Source: Eledone cirrhosa (taxonomy: Eukaryota). From it: 64,000 nt of DNA. Of this stretch, positions 51,701 through 64,000 are shown piece after piece. The first letter of the stretch is position 1, and every line of letters begins with the position of its first letter. The stretch spans positions 12,400,001 through 12,464,000 of the forward strand of contig OZ024766.1 in assembly GCA_964016885.1 (NCBI GenBank). The letters run 5' to 3'. Both the position numbers and the translations under genes were made by a program. The notes under the pieces are model-generated. The model was not told the DNA's origin, made no database searches, and worked only from the letters and a program-made list of their open reading frames with translations.

Positions 51701-54700
51701 AGAAGTGACCAGGGTGAGTCTTAGCAGTATCTCCTTTGGCAGAAGTGACCAGGGTGAGTCTTAGCAGTACCTCCTTTGGCAGAAGTGACCAGGGTGAGTC
51801 TTAGCAGTATCTTGGCAGAAGTGACCAGGGTGAGTCTTAGCAGTATCTTGGCAGAAGTGACCAGGGTGAGTCTTAGCAGTACCTCCTTTGGCAGAAGTGA
51901 CCAGGGTGAGTCTTAGCAGTATCTCCTTTGGCAGAATTGACCAGGGTGAGTCTTAGCAGTATCTCCTTTGGCAGAAGTGACCAGGGTGAGTCTTAGCACT
52001 ATCTCCTTTGGCAGAAGTGACCAGGGTGAGTCTTAGCAGTACCTCCTTTGGCAGAAGTGACCAGGGTGAGTCTTAGCAGTATCTCCTTTGGCAGAAGTGA
52101 CCAGGGTGAGTCTTAGCAGTATCTCCTTTGGCAGAAGTGACCAGGGTGAGTCTTAGCAGTACCTCCTTTGGCAGAAGTGACCAGTGTGAGTCTTAGCAGT
52201 ATCTTGGCAGAAGTGACCAGGGTGAGTCTTAGCAGTATCTTGGCAGAAGTGACCAGGGTGAGTCTTAGCAGTACCTCCTTTGGCAGAAGTGACCAGGGTG
52301 AGTCTTAGCAGTATCTCCTTTGGCAGAAGTGACCAGGGTGAGTCTTAAAAGTATCTCCTTTGGCAGAAGTGACCAGGGTGAGTCTTAGCACTATCTCCTT
52401 TGGCAGAAGTGACCAGGGTGAGTCTTAGCAGTACCTCCTTTGGCAGAAGTGACCAGGGTGAGTCTTAGCAGTATCTCCTTTGGCAGAAGTGACCAGGGTG
52501 AGTCTTAGTAGTACCTCCTTTGGCAGAAGTGACCAGGGTGAGTCTTAGCAGTATCTCCTTTGGCAGAAGTGACCAGGGTGAGTCTTAGTAGTACCTCCTT
52601 TGGCAGAAGTGACCAGGGTGAGTCTTAGCAGTATCTCCTTTGGCAGAAGTGACCAGGGTGAGTCTTAGCAGTATCTCCTTTGACAGAAGTGACCAGGGTG
52701 AGTCTTAGCAGTACCTCCTTTGGCAGAAGTGACCAGGGTGAGTCTTAGCAGTATCTCCTTTGGCAGAAGTGACCAGGGTTAGTCTTAGCAGTATCTCTTT
52801 TGGCAGAAGTGACCAGGGTGAGTCTTAGCAGTATCTCCTTTGGCAGAAGTGACCAGGGTGAGTCTTAGCAGTATCTCCTTTGGCAGAAGTGACCAGGGTG
52901 AGTCTTAGCAGTATCTCCTTTGGCAGAAGTGACCAGGGTGAGTCTTAGCAGTATCTCCTTTGGCAGAAGTGACCAGGGTGAGTCTTAGCAGTATCTCCTT
53001 TGGCAGAAGTGACCAGGGTGAGTCTTAGCAGTATCTCCTTTGGCAGAAGTGACCAGGGTGAGTCTTAGCAGTATCTCCTTTGGCAGAAGTGACCAGGGTG
53101 AGTCTTAGCAGTATCTCCTTTGGCAGAAGTGACCAGGGTGAGTCTTAGCAGTATCTCCTTTGGCAGAAGTGACCAGGGTGAGTCTTAGCAGTACCTCCTT
53201 TGGCAGAAGTGACCAGGGTGAGTCTTAGCAGTATCTCCTTTGGCAGAAGTGACCAGGGTGAGTCTTAGCAGTATCTCCTTTGGCAGAAGTGACCAGGGTG
53301 AGTCTTAGCAGTATCTCCTTTGGCAGAAGTGACCAGGGTGAGTCTTAGCAGTATCTCCTTTGGCAGAAGTGACCAGGGTGAGTCTTAGCAGTATCTCCTT
53401 TGGCAGAAGTGACCAGGGTGAGTCTTAGCAGTATCTCCTTTGGCAGAAGTGACCAGGGTGAGTCTTAGCAGTATCTCCTTTGGCAGAAGTGACCAGGGTG
53501 AGTCTTAGCAGTATCTCCTTTGGCAGAAGTGACCAGGGTGAGTCTTAGCAGTATCTCCTTTGGCAGAAGTGACCAGGGTGAGTCTTAGCAGTACCTCCTT
53601 TGGCAGAAGTGACCAGGGTGAGTCTTAGCAGTATCTCCTTTGGCAGAAGTGACCAGGGTGAGTCTTAGCAGTATCTCCTTTGGCAGAAGTGACCAGGGTG
53701 AGTCTTAGCAGTACCTCCTTTGGCAGAAGTGACCAGGGTGAGTCTTAGCAGTATCTCCTTTGGCAGAAGTGACCAGGGTGAGTCTTAGTAGTACCTCCTT
53801 TGGCAGAAGTGACCAGGGTGAGTCTTAGCAGTATCTCCTTTGGCAGAAGTGACCAGGGTGAGTCTTAGCAGTATCTCCTTTGACAGAAGTGACCAGGGTG
53901 AGTCTTAGCAGTACCTCCTTTGGCAGAAGTGACCAGGGTGAGTCTTAGCAGTATCTCCTTTGGCAGAAGTGACCAGGGTTAGTCTTAGCAGTATCTCTTT
54001 TGGCAGAAGTGACCAGGGTGAGTCTTAGCAGTATCTCCTTTGGCAGAAGTGACCAGGGTGAGTCTTAGCAGTATCTCCTTTGGCAGAAGTGACCAGGGTG
54101 AGTCTTAGCAGTATCTCCTTTGGCAGAAGTGACCAGGGTGAGTCTTAGCAGTATCTCCTTTGGCAGAAGTGACCAGGGTGAGTCTTAGCAGTATCTCCTT
54201 TGGCAGAAGTGACCAGGGTGAGTCTTAGCAGTATCTCCTTTGGCAGAAGTGACCAGGGTGAGTCTTAGCAGTATCTCCTTTGGCAGAAGTGACCAGGGTG
54301 AGTCTTAGCAGTATCTCCTTTGGCAGAAGTGACCAGGGTGAGTCTTAGCAGTATCTCCTTTGGCAGAAGTGACCAGGGTGAGTCTTAGCAGTACCTCCTT
54401 TGGCAGAAGTGACCAGGGTGAGTCTTAGCAGTATCTCCTTTGGCAGAAGTGACCAGGGTGAGTCTTAGCAGTATCTCCTTTGGCAGAAGTGACCAGGGTG
54501 AGTCTTAGCAGTATCTCCTTTGGCAGAAGTGACCAGGGTGAGTCTTAGCAGTATCTCCTTTGGCAGAAGTGACCAGGGTGAGTCTTAGCAGTATCTCCTT
54601 TGGCAGAAGTGACCAGGGTGAGTCTTAGCAGTATCTCCTTTGGCAGAAGTGACCAGGGTGAGTCTTAGCAGTATCTCCTTTGGCAGAAGTGACCAGGGTG

Positions 54701-57700
54701 AGTCTTAGCAGTACCTCCTTTGGCAGAAGTGACCAGGGTGAGTCTTAGCAGTATCTCCTTTGGCAGAAGTGACCAGGGTGAGTCTTAGCAGTATCTCCTT
54801 TGGCAGAAGTGACCAGGGTGAGTCTTAGCAGTACCTCCTTTGGCAGAAGTGACCAGGGTGAGTCTTAGCAGTATCTTGGCAGAAGTGACCAGGGTGAGTC
54901 TTAGCAGTATCTTGGCAGAAGTGACCAGGGTGAGTCTTAGCAGTACCTCCTTTGGCAGAAGTGACCAGGGTGAGTCTTAGCACTATCTCCTTTGGCAGAA
55001 GTGACCAGGGTGAGCCTTAGCAGTATCTCCTTTGGCAGAAGTGACCAGGGTGAGTCTTAGCAGTATCTCCTTTGGCAGAAGTGACCAGGGTGAGTCTTAG
55101 CAGTACCTCCTTTGGCAGAAGTGACCAGGGTGAGTCTTAGTAGTACCTCCTTTGGCAGAAGTGACCAGGGTGAGTCTTAGCAGTACCTCCTTTGACAGAA
55201 GTGACCAGGGTGAGTCTTAGCAGTACCTCCTTTGATAGAAGTGACCAGGGTGAGTCTTAGCAGTACCTCCTTTGACAGAAGTGACCAGGGTGAGTCTTAG
55301 CAGTACCTCCTTTGACAGAAGTGACCAGGGTGAGTCTTAGCAGTATCTCCTTTGGCAGAAGTGACCAGGGTGAGTCTTAGCAGTATCTCCTTTGGCAGAA
55401 GTGACCAGGGTGAGTCTTAGTAGTACCTCCTTTGGCAGAAGTGACCAGGGTGAGTCTTAGCAGTATCTCCTTTGGCAGAAGTGACCAGGGTGAGTCTTAG
55501 CAGTACCTCCTTTGGCAGAAGTTACCAGGGTGAGTCTTAGCAGTATCTCCTTTGACAGAAGTGACCAGGGTGAGTCTTAGCAGTATCTCTTTTGGCAGAA
55601 GTGACCAGGGTGAGTCTTAGCAGTATCTCCTTTGGCAGAAGTGACCAGGGTGAGTCTTAGCAGTATCTCCTTTGGCATAAGTGACCAGGGTGAGTCTTAG
55701 CAGTACCTCCTTTGGCAGAAGTGACCAGGGTGAGTCTTAGCAGTACCTCCTTTGGCAGAAGTGACCAGGGTGAGTCTTAGCAGTATCTCCTTTGGCAGAA
55801 GTGACCAGGGTGAGTCTTAGTAGTACCTCCTTTGGCAGAAGTGACCAGGGTGAGTCTTAGTAGTACCTCCTTTGGCAGAAGTGACCAGGGTGAGTCTTAG
55901 CAGTATCTCCTTTGGCAGAAGTGACCAGGGTGAGTCTTAGCAGTATCTCCTTTGGCGGAAGTGACCAGGGTGAGTCTTAGCTGTATCTCCTTTGGCAGAA
56001 GTGACCAGGGTGAGTCTTAGCAGTATCTCCTTTGGCAGAAGTGACCAGGGTGAGTCTTAGCAGTATCTCCTTTGGCAGAAGTGACCAGGGTGAGTCTTAG
56101 CAGTATCTCCTTTGGCAGAAGTGACCAGGGTGAGTCTTAGCAGTATCTCCTTTGGCAGAAGTGACCAGGGTGAGTCTTAGCAGTACCTCCTTTGGCAGAA
56201 GTGACCAGGGTGAGTCTTAGCAGTATCTTGGCAGAAGTGACCAGGGTGAGTCTTAGCAGTATCTTGGCAGAAGTGACCAGGGTGAGTCTTAGCAGTACCT
56301 CCTTTGGCAGAAGTGACCAGGGTGAGTCTTAGCAGTATCTCCTTTGGCAGAATTGACCAGGGTGAGTCTTAGCAGTATCTCCTTTGGCAGAAGTGACCAG
56401 GGTGAGTCTTAGCACTATCTCCTTTGGCAGAAGTGACCAGGGTGAGTCTTAGCAGTACCTCCTTTGGCAGAAGTGACCAGGGTGAGTCTTAGCAGTATCT
56501 CCTTTGGCAGAAGTGACCAGGGTGAGTCTTAGCAGTATCTCCTTTGGCAGAAGTGACCAGGGTGAGTCTTAGCAGTACCTCCTTTGGCAGAAGTGACCAG
56601 TGTGAGTCTTAGCAGTATCTTGGCAGAAGTGACCAGGGTGAGTCTTAGCAGTATCTTGGCAGAAGTGACCAGGGTGAGTCTTAGCAGTATCTCCTTTGGC
56701 AGAAGTGACCAGGGTGAGTCTTAGCAGTATCTCCTTTGGCAGAAGTGACCAGGGTGAGTCTTAGCAGTACCTCCTTTGGCAGAAGTGACCAGGGTGAGTC
56801 TTAGCAGTATCTTGGCAGAAGTGACCAGGGTGAGTCTTAGCAGTATCTTGGCAGAAGTGACCAGGGTGAGTCTTAGCAGTATCTCCTTTGGCAGAAGTGA
56901 CCAGGGTGAGTCTTAGTAGTACCTCCTTTGGCAGAAGTGACCAGAGTGAGTCTTAGCAGTATCTCCTTTGGCAGAAGTGACCAGGGTGAGTCTTAGTAGT
57001 ACCTCCTTTGGCAGAAGTGACCAGGGTGAGTCTTAGCAGTATCTCCTTTGACAGAAGTGACCAGGGTGAGTCTTAGCAGTATCTCCTTTGACAGAAGTGA
57101 CCAGGGTGAGTCTTAGCAGTACCTCCTTTGGCAGAAGTGACCAGGGTGAGTCTTAGCAGTATCTCCTTTGGCAGAAGTGACCAGGGTTAGTCTTAGCAGT
57201 ATCTCTTTTGGCAGAAGTGACCAGGGTGAGTCTTAGCAGTATCTCCTTTGGCAGAAGTGACCAGGGTGAATCTTAGCAGTATCTCCTTTGGCAGAAGTGA
57301 CCAGGGTGAGTCTTAGCAGTATCTCCTTTGGCAGAAGTGACCAGGGTGAGTCTTAGCAGTATCTCCTTTGGCAGAAGTGACCAGGGTGAGTCTTAGCAGT
57401 ATCTCCTTTGGCAGAAGTGACCAGGGTGAGTCTTAGCAGTATCTCCTTTGGCAGAAGTGACCAGGGTGAGTCTTAGCAGTATCTCCTTTGGCAGAAGTGA
57501 CCAGGGTGAGTCTTAGCAGTATCTCCTTTGGCAGAAGTGACCAGGGTGAGTCTTAGCAGTATCTCCTTTGGCAGAAGTGACCAGGGTGAGTCTTAGCAGT
57601 ACCTCCTTTGGCAGAAGTGACCAGGGTGAGTCTTAGCAGTATCTCCTTTGGCAGAAGTGACCAGGGTGAGTCTTAGCAGTATCTCCTTTGGCAGAAGTGA

Positions 57701-60700
57701 CCAGGGTGAGTCTTAGCAGTATCTCCTTTGGCAGAAGTGACCAGGGTGAGTCTTAGCAGTATCTCCTTTGGCAGAAGTGACCAGGGTGAGTCTTAGCAGT
57801 ATCTCCTTTGGCAGAAGTGACCAGGGTGAGTCTTAGCAGTATCTCCTTTGGCAGAAGTGACCAGGGTGAGTCTTAGCAGTATCTCCTTTGGCAGAAGTGA
57901 CCAGGGTGAGTCTTAGCAGTATCTCCTTTGGCAGAAGTGACCAGGGTGAGTCTTAGCAGTATCTCCTTTGGCAGAAGTGACCAGGGTGAGTCTTAGCAGT
58001 ACCTCCTTTGGCAGAAGTGACCAGGGTGAGTCTTAGCAGTATCTCCTTTGGCAGAAGTGACCAGGGTGAGTCTTAGCAGTATCTCCTTTGGCAGAAGTGA
58101 CCAGGGTGAGTCTTAGCAGTACCTCCTTTGGCAGAAGTGACCAGGGTGAGTCTTAGCAGTATCTTGGCAGAAGTGACCAGGGTGAGTCTTAGCAGTATCT
58201 TGGCAGAAGTGACCAGGGTGAGTCTTAGCAGTACCTCCTTTGGCAGAAGTGACCAGGGTGAGTCTTAGCACTATCTCCTTTGGCAGAAGTGACCAGGGTG
58301 AGCCTTAGCAGTATCTCCTTTGGCAGAAGTGACCAGGGTGAGTCTTAGCAGTATCTCCTTTGGCAGAAGTGACCAGGGTGAGTCTTAGCAGTACCTCCTT
58401 TGGCAGAAGTGACCAGGGTGAGTCTTAGTAGTACATCCTTTGGCAGAAGTGACCAGGGTGAGTCTTAGCAGTACCTCCTTTGACAGAAGTGACCAGGGTG
58501 AGTCTTAGCAGTACCTCCTTTGATAGAAGTGACCAGGGTGAGTCTTAGCAGTACCTCCTTTGACAGAAGTGACCAGGGTGAGTCTTAGCAGTACCTCCTT
58601 TGACAGAAGTGACCAGGGTGAGTCTTAGCAGTATCTCCTTTGGCAGAAGTGACCAGGGTGAGTCTTAGCAGTATCTCCTTTGGCAGAAGTGACCAGGGTG
58701 AGTCTTAGTAGTACCTCCTTTGGCAGAAGTGACCAGGGTGAGTCTTAGCAGTATCTCCTTTGGCAGAAGTGACCAGGGTGAGTCTTAGCAGTACCTCCTT
58801 TGGCAGAAGTTACCAGGGTGAGTCTTAGCAGTATCTCCTTTGACAGAAGTGACCAGGGTGAGTCTTAGCAGTATCTCTTTTGGCAGAAGTGACCAGGGTG
58901 AGTCTTAGCAGTATCTCCTTTGGCAGAAGTGACCAGGGTGAGTCTTAGCAGTATCTCCTTTGGCATAAGTGACCAGGGTGAGTCTTAGCAGTACCTCCTT
59001 TGGCAGAAGTGACCAGGGTGAGTCTTAGCAGTACCTCCTTTGGCAGAAGTGACCAGGGTGAGTCTTAGCAGTATCTCCTTTGGCAGAAGTGACCAGGGTG
59101 AGTCTTAGTAGTACCTCCTTTGGCAGAAGTGACCAGGGTGAGTCTTAGCAGTATCTCCTTTGGCAGAAGTGACCAGGGTGAGTCTTAGCAGTATCTCCTT
59201 TGGCGGAAGTGACCAGGGTGAGTCTTAGCTGTATCTCCTTTGGCAGAAGTGACCAGGGTGAGTCTTAGCAGTATCTCCTTTGGCAGAAGTGACCAGGGTG
59301 AGTCTTAGCAGTATCTCCTTTGGCAGAAGTGACCAGGGTGAGTCTTAGCAGTATCTCCTTTGGCAGAAGTGACCAGGGTGAGTCTTAGCAGTATCTCCTT
59401 TGGCAGAAGTGACCAGGGTGAGTCTTAGCAGTACCTCCTTTGGCAGAAGTGACCAGGGTGAGTCTTAGCAGTATCTTGGCAGAAGTGACCAGGGTGAGTC
59501 TTAGCAGTATCTTGGCAGAAGTGACCAGGGTGAGTCTTAGCAGTACCTCCTTTGGCAGAAGTGACCAGGGTGAGTCTTAGCACTATCTCCTTTGGCAGAA
59601 GTGACCAGGGTGAGCCTTAGCAGTATCTCCTTTGGCAGAAGTGACCAGGGTGAGTCTTAGCAGTATCTCCTTTGGCAGAATTGACCAGGGTGAGTCTTAG
59701 CAGTATCTCCTTTGGCAGAAGTGACCAGGGTGAGTCTTAGCACTATCTCCTTTGGCAGAAGTGACCAGGGTGAGTCTTAGCAGTACCTCCTTTGGCAGAA
59801 GTGACCAGGGTGAGTCTTAGCAGTATCTCCTTTGGCAGAAGTGACCAGGGTGAGTCTTAGCAGTATCTCCTTTGGCAGAAGTGACCAGGGTGAGTCTTAG
59901 TAGTACCTCCTTTGGCAGAAGTGACCAGGGTGAGTCTTAGTAGTACCTCCTTTGGCAGAAGTGACCAGGGTGAGTCTTAGCAGTATCTCCTTTGGCAGAA
60001 GTGACCAGGGTGAGTCTTAGTAGTACCTCCTTTGGCAGAAGTGACCAGGGTGAGTCTTAGCAGTATCTCCTTTGGCAGAAGTGACCAGGGTGAGTCTTAG
60101 TAGTACCTCCTTTGGCAGAAGTGACCAGGGTGAGTCTTAGCAGTATCTCCTTTGGCAGAAGTGACCAGGGTGAGTCTTAGCAGTATCTCCTTTGACAGAA
60201 GTGACCAGGGTGAGTCTTAGCAGTACCTCCTTTGGCAGAAGTGACCAGGGTGAGTCTTAGCAGTATCTCCTTTGGCAGAAATGACCAGGGTTAGTCTTAG
60301 CAGTATCTCTTTTGGCAGAAGTGACCAGGGTGAGTCTTAGCAGTATCTCCTTTGGCAGATGTGACCAGGGTGAGTCTTAGCAGTATCTCCTTTGGCAGAA
60401 GTGACCAGGGTGAGTCTTAGCAGTATCTCCTTTGGCAGAAGTGACCAGGGTGAGTCTTAGCAGTATCTCCTTTGGCAGAAGTGACCAGGGTGAGTCTTAG
60501 CAGCATCTCCTTTGGCAGAAGTGACCAGGGTGAGTCTTAGCAGTATCTCCTTTGGCAGAAGTGACCAGGGTGAGTCTTAGCAGTATCTCCTTTGGCAGAA
60601 GTGACCAGGGTGAGTCTTAGCAGTATCTCCTTTGGCAGAAGTGACCAGGGTGAGTCTTAGCAGTATCTCCTTTGGCAGAAGTGACCAGGGTGAGTCTTAG

Positions 60701-63700
60701 CAGTACCTCCTTTGGCAGAAGTGACCAGGGTGAGTCTTAGCAGTATCTCCTTTGGCAGAAGTGACCAGGGTGAGTCTTAGCAGTATCTCCTTTGGCAGAA
60801 GTGACCAGGGTGAGTCTTAGCAGTATCTCCTTTGGCAGAAGTGACCTGGGTGAGTCTTAGCAGTATCTCCTTTGGCAGAAGTGACCAGGGTGAGTCTTAG
60901 CAGTATCTCCTTTGGCAGAAGTGACCAGGGTGAGTCTTAGCAGTATCTCCTTTGGCAGAAGTGACCAGGGTGAGTCTTAGCAGTATCTCCTTTGGCAGAA
61001 GTGACCAGGGTGAGTCTTAGCAGTATCTCTTTTGGCAGAAGTGACCAGGGTGAGTCTTAGCAGTATCTCCTTTGGCAGAAGTGACCAGGGTGAGTCTTAG
61101 CAGTACCTCCTTTGGCAGAAGTGACCAGGGTGAGTCTTAGCAGTATCTCCTTTGGCAGAAGTGACCAGGGTGAGTCTTAGCAGTATCTCCTTTGGCAGAA
61201 GTGACCAGGGTGAGTCTTAGCAGTACCTCCTTTGGCAGAAGTGACCAGGGTGAGTCTTAGCAGTATCTTGGCAGAAGTGACCAGGGTGAGTCTTAGCAGT
61301 ATCTTGGCAGAAGTGACCAGGGTGAGTCTTAGCAGTACCTCCTTTGGCAGAAGTGACCAGGGTGAGTCTTAGCAGTACCTCCTTTGGCAGAAGTGACCAG
61401 GGTGAGTCTTAGCAGTACCTCCTTTGGCAGAAGTGACCAGGGTGAGTCTTAGCAGTATCTCCTTTGGCAGAAGTGACCAGGGTGAGTCTTAGTAGTACCT
61501 CCTTTGGCAGAAGTGACCAGGGTGAGTCTTAGCAGTATCTCCTTTGGCAGAAGTGACCAGGGTGAGTCTTAGCAGTATCTCCTTTGGCGGAAGTGACCAG
61601 GGTGAGTCTTAGCTGTATCTCCTTTGGCAGAAGTGACCAGGGTGAGTCTTAGCAGTATCTCCTTTGGCAGAAGTGACCAGGGTGAGTCTTAGCAGTATCT
61701 CCTTTGGCAGAAGTGACCAGGGTGAGTCTTAGCAGTATCTCCTTTGGCAGAAGTGACCAGGGTGAGTCTTAGCAGTATCTCCTTTGGCAGAAGTGACCAG
61801 GGTGAGTCTTAGCAGTACCTCCTTTGGCAGAAGTGACCAGGGTGAGTCTTAGCAGTATCTTGGCAGAAGTGACCAGGGTGAGTCTTAGCAGTATCTTGGC
61901 AGAAGTGACCAGGGTGAGTCTTAGCAGTACCTCCTTTGGCAGAAGTGACCAGGGTGAGTCTTAGCACTATCTCCTTTGGCAGAAGTGACCAGGGTGAGCC
62001 TTAGCAGTATCTCCTTTGGCAGAAGTGACCAGGGTGAGTCTTAGCAGTATCTCCTTTGGCAGAATTGACCAGGGTGAGTCTTAGCAGTATCTCCTTTGGC
62101 AGAAGTGACCAGGGTGAGTCTTAGCACTATCTCCTTTGGCAGAAGTGACCAGGGTGAGTCTTAGCAGTACCTCCTTTGGCAGAAGTGACCAGGGTGAGTC
62201 TTAGCAGTATCTCCTTTGGCAGAAGTGACCAGGGTGAGTCTTAGCAGTATCTCCTTTGGCAGAAGTGACCAGGGTGAGTCTTAGTAGTACCTCCTTTGGC
62301 AGAAGTGACCAGGGTGAGTCTTAGTAGTACCTCCTTTGGCAGAAGTGACCAGGGTGAGTCTTAGCAGTATCTCCTTTGGCAGAAGTGACCAGGGTGAGTC
62401 TTAGTAGTACCTCCTTTGGCAGAAGTGACCAGGGTGAGTCTTAGCAGTATCTCCTTTGGCAGAAGTGACCAGGGTGAGTCTTAGTAGTACCTCCTTTGGC
62501 AGAAGTGACCAGGGTGAGTCTTAGCAGTATCTCCTTTGGCAGAAGTGACCAGGGTGAGTCTTAGCAGTATCTCCTTTGACAGAAGTGACCAGGGTGAGTC
62601 TTAGCAGTACCTCCTTTGGCAGAAGTGACCAGGGTGAGTCTTAGCAGTATCTCCTTTGGCAGAAATGACCAGGGTTAGTCTTAGCAGTATCTCTTTTGGC
62701 AGAAGTGACCAGGGTGAGTCTTAGCAGTATCTCCTTTGGCAGATGTGACCAGGGTGAGTCTTAGCAGTATCTCCTTTGGCAGAAGTGACCAGGGTGAGTC
62801 TTAGCAGTATCTCCTTTGGCAGAAGTGACCAGGGTGAGTCTTAGCAGTATCTCCTTTGGCAGAAGTGACCAGGGTGAGTCTTAGCAGCATCTCCTTTGGC
62901 AGAAGTGACCAGGGTGAGTCTTAGCAGTATCTCCTTTGGCAGAAGTGACCAGGGTGAGTCTTAGCAGTATCTCCTTTGGCAGAAGTGACCAGGGTGAGTC
63001 TTAGCAGTATCTCCTTTGGCAGAAGTGACCAGGGTGAGTCTTAGCAGTATCTCCTTTGGCAGAAGTGACCAGGGTGAGTCTTAGCAGTACCTCCTTTGGC
63101 AGAAGTGACCAGGGTGAGTCTTAGCAGTATCTCCTTTGGCAGAAGTGACCAGGGTGAGTCTTAGCAGTATCTCCTTTGGCAGAAGTGACCAGGGTGAGTC
63201 TTAGCAGTATCTCCTTTGGCAGAAGTGACCTGGGTGAGTCTTAGCAGTATCTCCTTTGGCAGAAGTGACCAGGGTGAGTCTTAGCAGTATCTCCTTTGGC
63301 AGAAGTGACCAGGGTGAGTCTTAGCAGTATCTCCTTTGGCAGAAGTGACCAGGGTGAGTCTTAGCAGTATCTCCTTTGGCAGAAGTGACCAGGGTGAGTC
63401 TTAGCAGTATCTCTTTTGGCAGAAGTGACCAGGGTGAGTCTTAGCAGTATCTCCTTTGGCAGAAGTGACCAGGGTGAGTCTTAGCAGTACCTCCTTTGGC
63501 AGAAGTGACCAGGGTGAGTCTTAGCAGTATCTCCTTTGGCAGAAGTGACCAGGGTGAGTCTTAGCAGTATCTCCTTTGGCAGAAGTGACCAGGGTGAGTC
63601 TTAGCAGTACCTCCTTTGGCAGAAGTGACCAGGGTGAGTCTTAGCAGTATCTTGGCAGAAGTGACCAGGGTGAGTCTTAGCAGTATCTTGGCAGAAGTGA

Positions 63701-64000
63701 CCAGGGTGAGTCTTAGCAGTACCTCCTTTGGCAGAAGTGACCAGGGTGAGTCTTAGCACTATCTCTTTTGGCAGAAGTGACCAGGGTGAGCCTTAGCAGT
63801 ATCTCCTTTGGCAGAAGTGACCAGGGTGAGTCTTAGCAGTACCTCCTTTGACAGAAGTGACCAGGGTGAGTCTTAGCACTATCTCCTTTGGCAGAAATGA
63901 CCAGGGTGAGTCTTAGCAGTACCTCCTTTGGCAGAAGTGACCAGGGTGAGTCTTAGCACTATCTCCTTTGGCAGAAGTGACCAGGGTGATTCTTAGCAGT
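30743..64000. repeat. 40-bp satellite (>830 copies, >33 kb, runs off window; TCCTTTGGCAGAAGTGACCAGGGTGAGTCTTAGCAGTA(T/C)C) with 36-bp deletion variants
   Basis: 40-bp period throughout; 4-bp deletion variant GTATCTTGGC; multi-kb higher-order duplications. Confidence 0.99.

Noticed and set aside
30743-64000. Repeated splice donor (CAGG|GTGAGT) or telomere-like motif (TTAG) in the 40-bp unit
   Set aside because: Short chance matches on the antisense strand of RTE coding sequence; no exon structure and no TTAGGG repeats.

Overview
Eukaryotic, gene-free, repeat-dense window; a SINE at 24689-24870 resembles octopod SINEs, which suggests an octopod cephalopod (recalled similarity, not a database hit). 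About 90% of the window is tandem repeat. The left end holds a disrupted Helitron Rep/PIF1-helicase (RepHel) pseudogene (1-5562), a complete 1,080-bp non-autonomous Helitron on the minus strand (5927-7006) and two further Helitron-like 5' ends. Tandem arrays have units of 36, 37, 37, 81/82, 42, 24 and 40 bp. Main observation: the 40-bp (>33 kb), 42-bp (13.6 kb) and 81/82-bp (1.3 kb) arrays read as consecutive, colinear pieces of the 3' part of one minus-strand RTE-clade LINE ORF, each amplified in place, with unamplified LINE sequence still at the array edges. The 36-bp array is likewise a 12-codon piece of the Helitron ORF amplified in place. The very long ORFs in the track are by-products of stop-free repeat units. 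No host gene, CRISPR array, rRNA or tRNA gene is supported.
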